NCBI GenBank assembly: GCA_965208575.1
Contig: CBDBOV010000006.1
Span: forward strand, 1,120,001 to 1,184,000
Source of the DNA: Spirochaetia bacterium
Lineage (GTDB): Bacteria; Spirochaetota; Spirochaetia; SZUA-6; Bin103
Length of the DNA: 64,000 bases
Direction: 5' to 3'
Shown here one piece after another: positions 62,071-64,000 of the stretch. Made by a program: the position numbers and the translations under genes. Positions within the stretch are counted from its first letter, which is position 1. Each line of letters opens with the position of its first letter. The notes under the pieces were generated by a model. The model made no database searches, had not been told where the DNA came from, and saw only the letters and a list, made by a program, of their open reading frames with translations.

Positions 62071-63999
62071 CTACGGGGCAGCGATGGTCTTCTCGGCCAG
62101 GGTCTTGCCCTCGCATGACAGGGTAACCGTGGTCGCTTCCGTCTCGAAATAGGGCCCGAGGAATCTGGCCACGCCATAATTGCCCCACAAACCCGCCGAC
62201 GCGGTGTGCGAGGTTGCTGCGGTTACGCCGGCAATTCTGCCATTGTCGGAGCACAGGCGGGACACGGTCCAGTCAGCACGAATCACGTTGTCGGACCGAC
62301 GAGTGAGCGTGAGGGTCCCGGTTGCCGGGGCGTCGATGGTCGCCGTGGTTATTTCAGCGGCGTTGCACTTGAGTTTGACGTCGGCCGCCTTCGTCGTGTA
62401 CGCGGTGGCGGTGGTTTCAACGTTGCCACTGGAGCCACTGATGGCAAAGTCATGGGTCTGGGTCTCGCCGGCGGGGGAGGTGGTGACCTTGCCCGCTGCG
62501 CAGGATGGGTTCAGGGTCCATGCCACCTTGACGGAGTCTGCGCTGCCGCGAGTCAGCGTGAGGCTCCCCGCGGGGGCAGCGATGGTCTCCTTGGCCACGA
62601 CGACGCCGGCGCACCGGAGTTCGACGTTGGCCGCCACGTTCCGGTATTTTGCCGTCGAGAGGCTCTCGGAACCACTGGTTCCGGTGAGGTCGAAGGTGTC
62701 CGCCGTTGAGCCGCCGGCGGTAGCACGAACGCGCGGGTTGCGATCGCAGGTGCGGGACAGGCTCCATGCAGCCGTGACATTGTAGTCAGCGCCGCGGCTC
62801 AGCGTGAGGGTCCCCGCGGGGGCAGCGATGGTCTCCCTGGCCATGCGGACGCCGGTGCAGTCGAGTGTGACACCGGCACCCTGCGACTTGTACTTGCTGT
62901 CGGTGAACTCGACGCTGCCGCCGGTCCCGCTGATGGTACGAGAGTCGCCCGCTGACCCGTCTGCGGGGGTGGCGGCAATCTCGCCTGTGCTGCAGGATGG
63001 GTTCAAGATCCACGCCACTTCGAGAGAGTTGCCGTTGCCGCGGGTCAGCGTGAGGGTCCCCGCGGGGGCAGCGATGGTCTCCTTGGCCAGGACGACGCCG
63101 GCGCACCGGAGTTCGACGTTGGCCGCCACATTCCGGTATTTTGCCGTCGACAGGCTCTCGGTACCGCTGGTCCCGGTGAGGTCGAAGGTTTCCGCCGTTG
63201 AGCCGCCGGCGGTAGCACGAACGCGCGGGTTGCGATCGCAGGTCCGGGACAGGCTCCAAGCAGCCGTGACATGGTAGTCACCGCCGCGGCGCAGCGTGAG
63301 GGTCCCGGTGATCGCAGGCGGCGGCGGTGGGCCTCTCACCGTGGTCGCGGGAGCAGCGATGGTCTCCGTGGCCATGCGGGCGCCGTTGCAATCGAGTGTG
63401 ACACCGGCACCCTGCGACTTGTACTTGCGGTCGGTGAACTCGATGCTGCCACCGGTCCCGCTGATGGTACGAGAGTCGCCCGCTGACCCGTCTGCGGGGG
63501 ATGCGGGGGTGGCGGCAATCTCGCCTGCGCTGCAGGAGGGGTTCAAGGTCCACGCCACGTGGAGAGAGTTGCCGTTGCCGCGAGTCAGCGTGAGGCTCCC
63601 CGCGGGGGCAGCGATGGTCTCCGTGGCCAGCGTCTCGCCGTCGCAACGGAGTTCAACGGTGGCCGCCACGTTCCGGTAGTGCACGTTCCGGAGGTTTTCG
63701 GAGCCACTGGTTCCCGTGAGGGCGAAGATGTCCGGGGTTGAACCGGCGGCGGTGGCACGAAGCTGCGGGCTGCGAGCGCAGGTTCGGGGAAAGCTCCACG
63801 CAGCCGTGACGTTGTAGTCGCCGCCGCGACTCAGTGCGAGGCTCCCCGTGTTCGGAGGAGGAGCGTTCCCCGTGATCGCAGGCGCAGCGATGGTCTCCTC
63901 GACCACGGTGGTGTCCCCGCAGGTCAGAGACACCGTGGCCCCTTCCGTGCGGAAAGCATCCGCGGAGAAGGTAACCGTACCGCCGGTGCCGCGCAGGCC
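62071..63999 (-). CDS. Repetitive secreted/surface protein of ~80-aa Cys-paired beta-sandwich modules (5' end beyond the window)
   Basis: Frame is open to the window edge (GLRGTGGTVTFSADAFRTEGATVSLTC); modules follow GxLxLxR..W..C..Y..C..ETIAAP. Confidence 0.8.
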   Translation of the reverse strand, partial: GLRGTGGTVTFSADAFRTEGATVSLTCGDTTVVEETIAAPAITGNAPPPNTGSLALSRGGDYNVTAAWSFPRTCARSPQLRATAAGSTPDIFALTGTSGSENLRNVHYRNVAATVELRCDGETLATETIAAPAGSLTLTRGNGNSLHVAWTLNPSCSAGEIAATPASPADGSAGDSRTISGTGGSIEFTDRKYKSQGAGVTLDCNGARMATETIAAPATTVRGPPPPPAITGTLTLRRGGDYHVTAAWSLSRTCDRNPRVRATAGGSTAETFDLTGTSGTESLSTAKYRNVAANVELRCAGVVLAKETIAAPAGTLTLTRGNGNSLEVAWILNPSCSTGEIAATPADGSAGDSRTISGTGGSVEFTDSKYKSQGAGVTLDCTGVRMARETIAAPAGTLTLSRGADYNVTAAWSLSRTCDRNPRVRATAGGSTADTFDLTGTSGSESLSTAKYRNVAANVELRCAGVVVAKETIAAPAGSLTLTRGSADSVKVAWTLNPSCAAGKVTTSPAGETQTHDFAISGSSGNVETTATAYTTKAADVKLKCNAAEITTATIDAPATGTLTLTRRSDNVIRADWTVSRLCSDNGRIAGVTAATSHTASAGLWGNYGVARFLGPYFETEATTVTLSCEGKTLAEKTIAAP

Positions 64000-64000
64000 A

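Overview
High-GC bacterial window. Its repertoire (Calx-beta/cadherin adhesins with long C-terminal beta-barrels, Calx lipoproteins) resembles marine invertebrate or sponge symbionts; this is inference only. In order it holds: the 3' part of a Calx-beta autotransporter-like gene; a heme-copper oxidase operon with unusual gene order, whose subunit I lacks the K-channel lysine, plus a blue-copper lipoprotein; an acyl-CoA ligase-ACP-acyltransferase fusion; a Calx lipoprotein; a coiled-coil repeat protein; and a LytTR regulator. Next comes a ~33 kb block in which a ~8,300-aa repetitive adhesin sits among two paralogous histidine kinases and two near-identical sigma54 enhancer-binding response regulators. 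Sigma54 -24/-12 promoters and a shared 17-bp palindromic enhancer-like motif lie upstream of both the adhesin and regulator copy 1, which suggests a feed-forward sigma54 switch. The rest contains a fatty acid desaturase, an ABC-2 exporter, a scar region with degenerate gene-end duplications, menH-menB, a second Calx lipoprotein, a type 2 IleRS with a GVHH motif, DUF1080, a 2-hydroxyacid dehydrogenase, and the 3' end of a Cys-paired repeat protein. No rRNA, tRNA, CRISPR array or intact mobile element was recognised.
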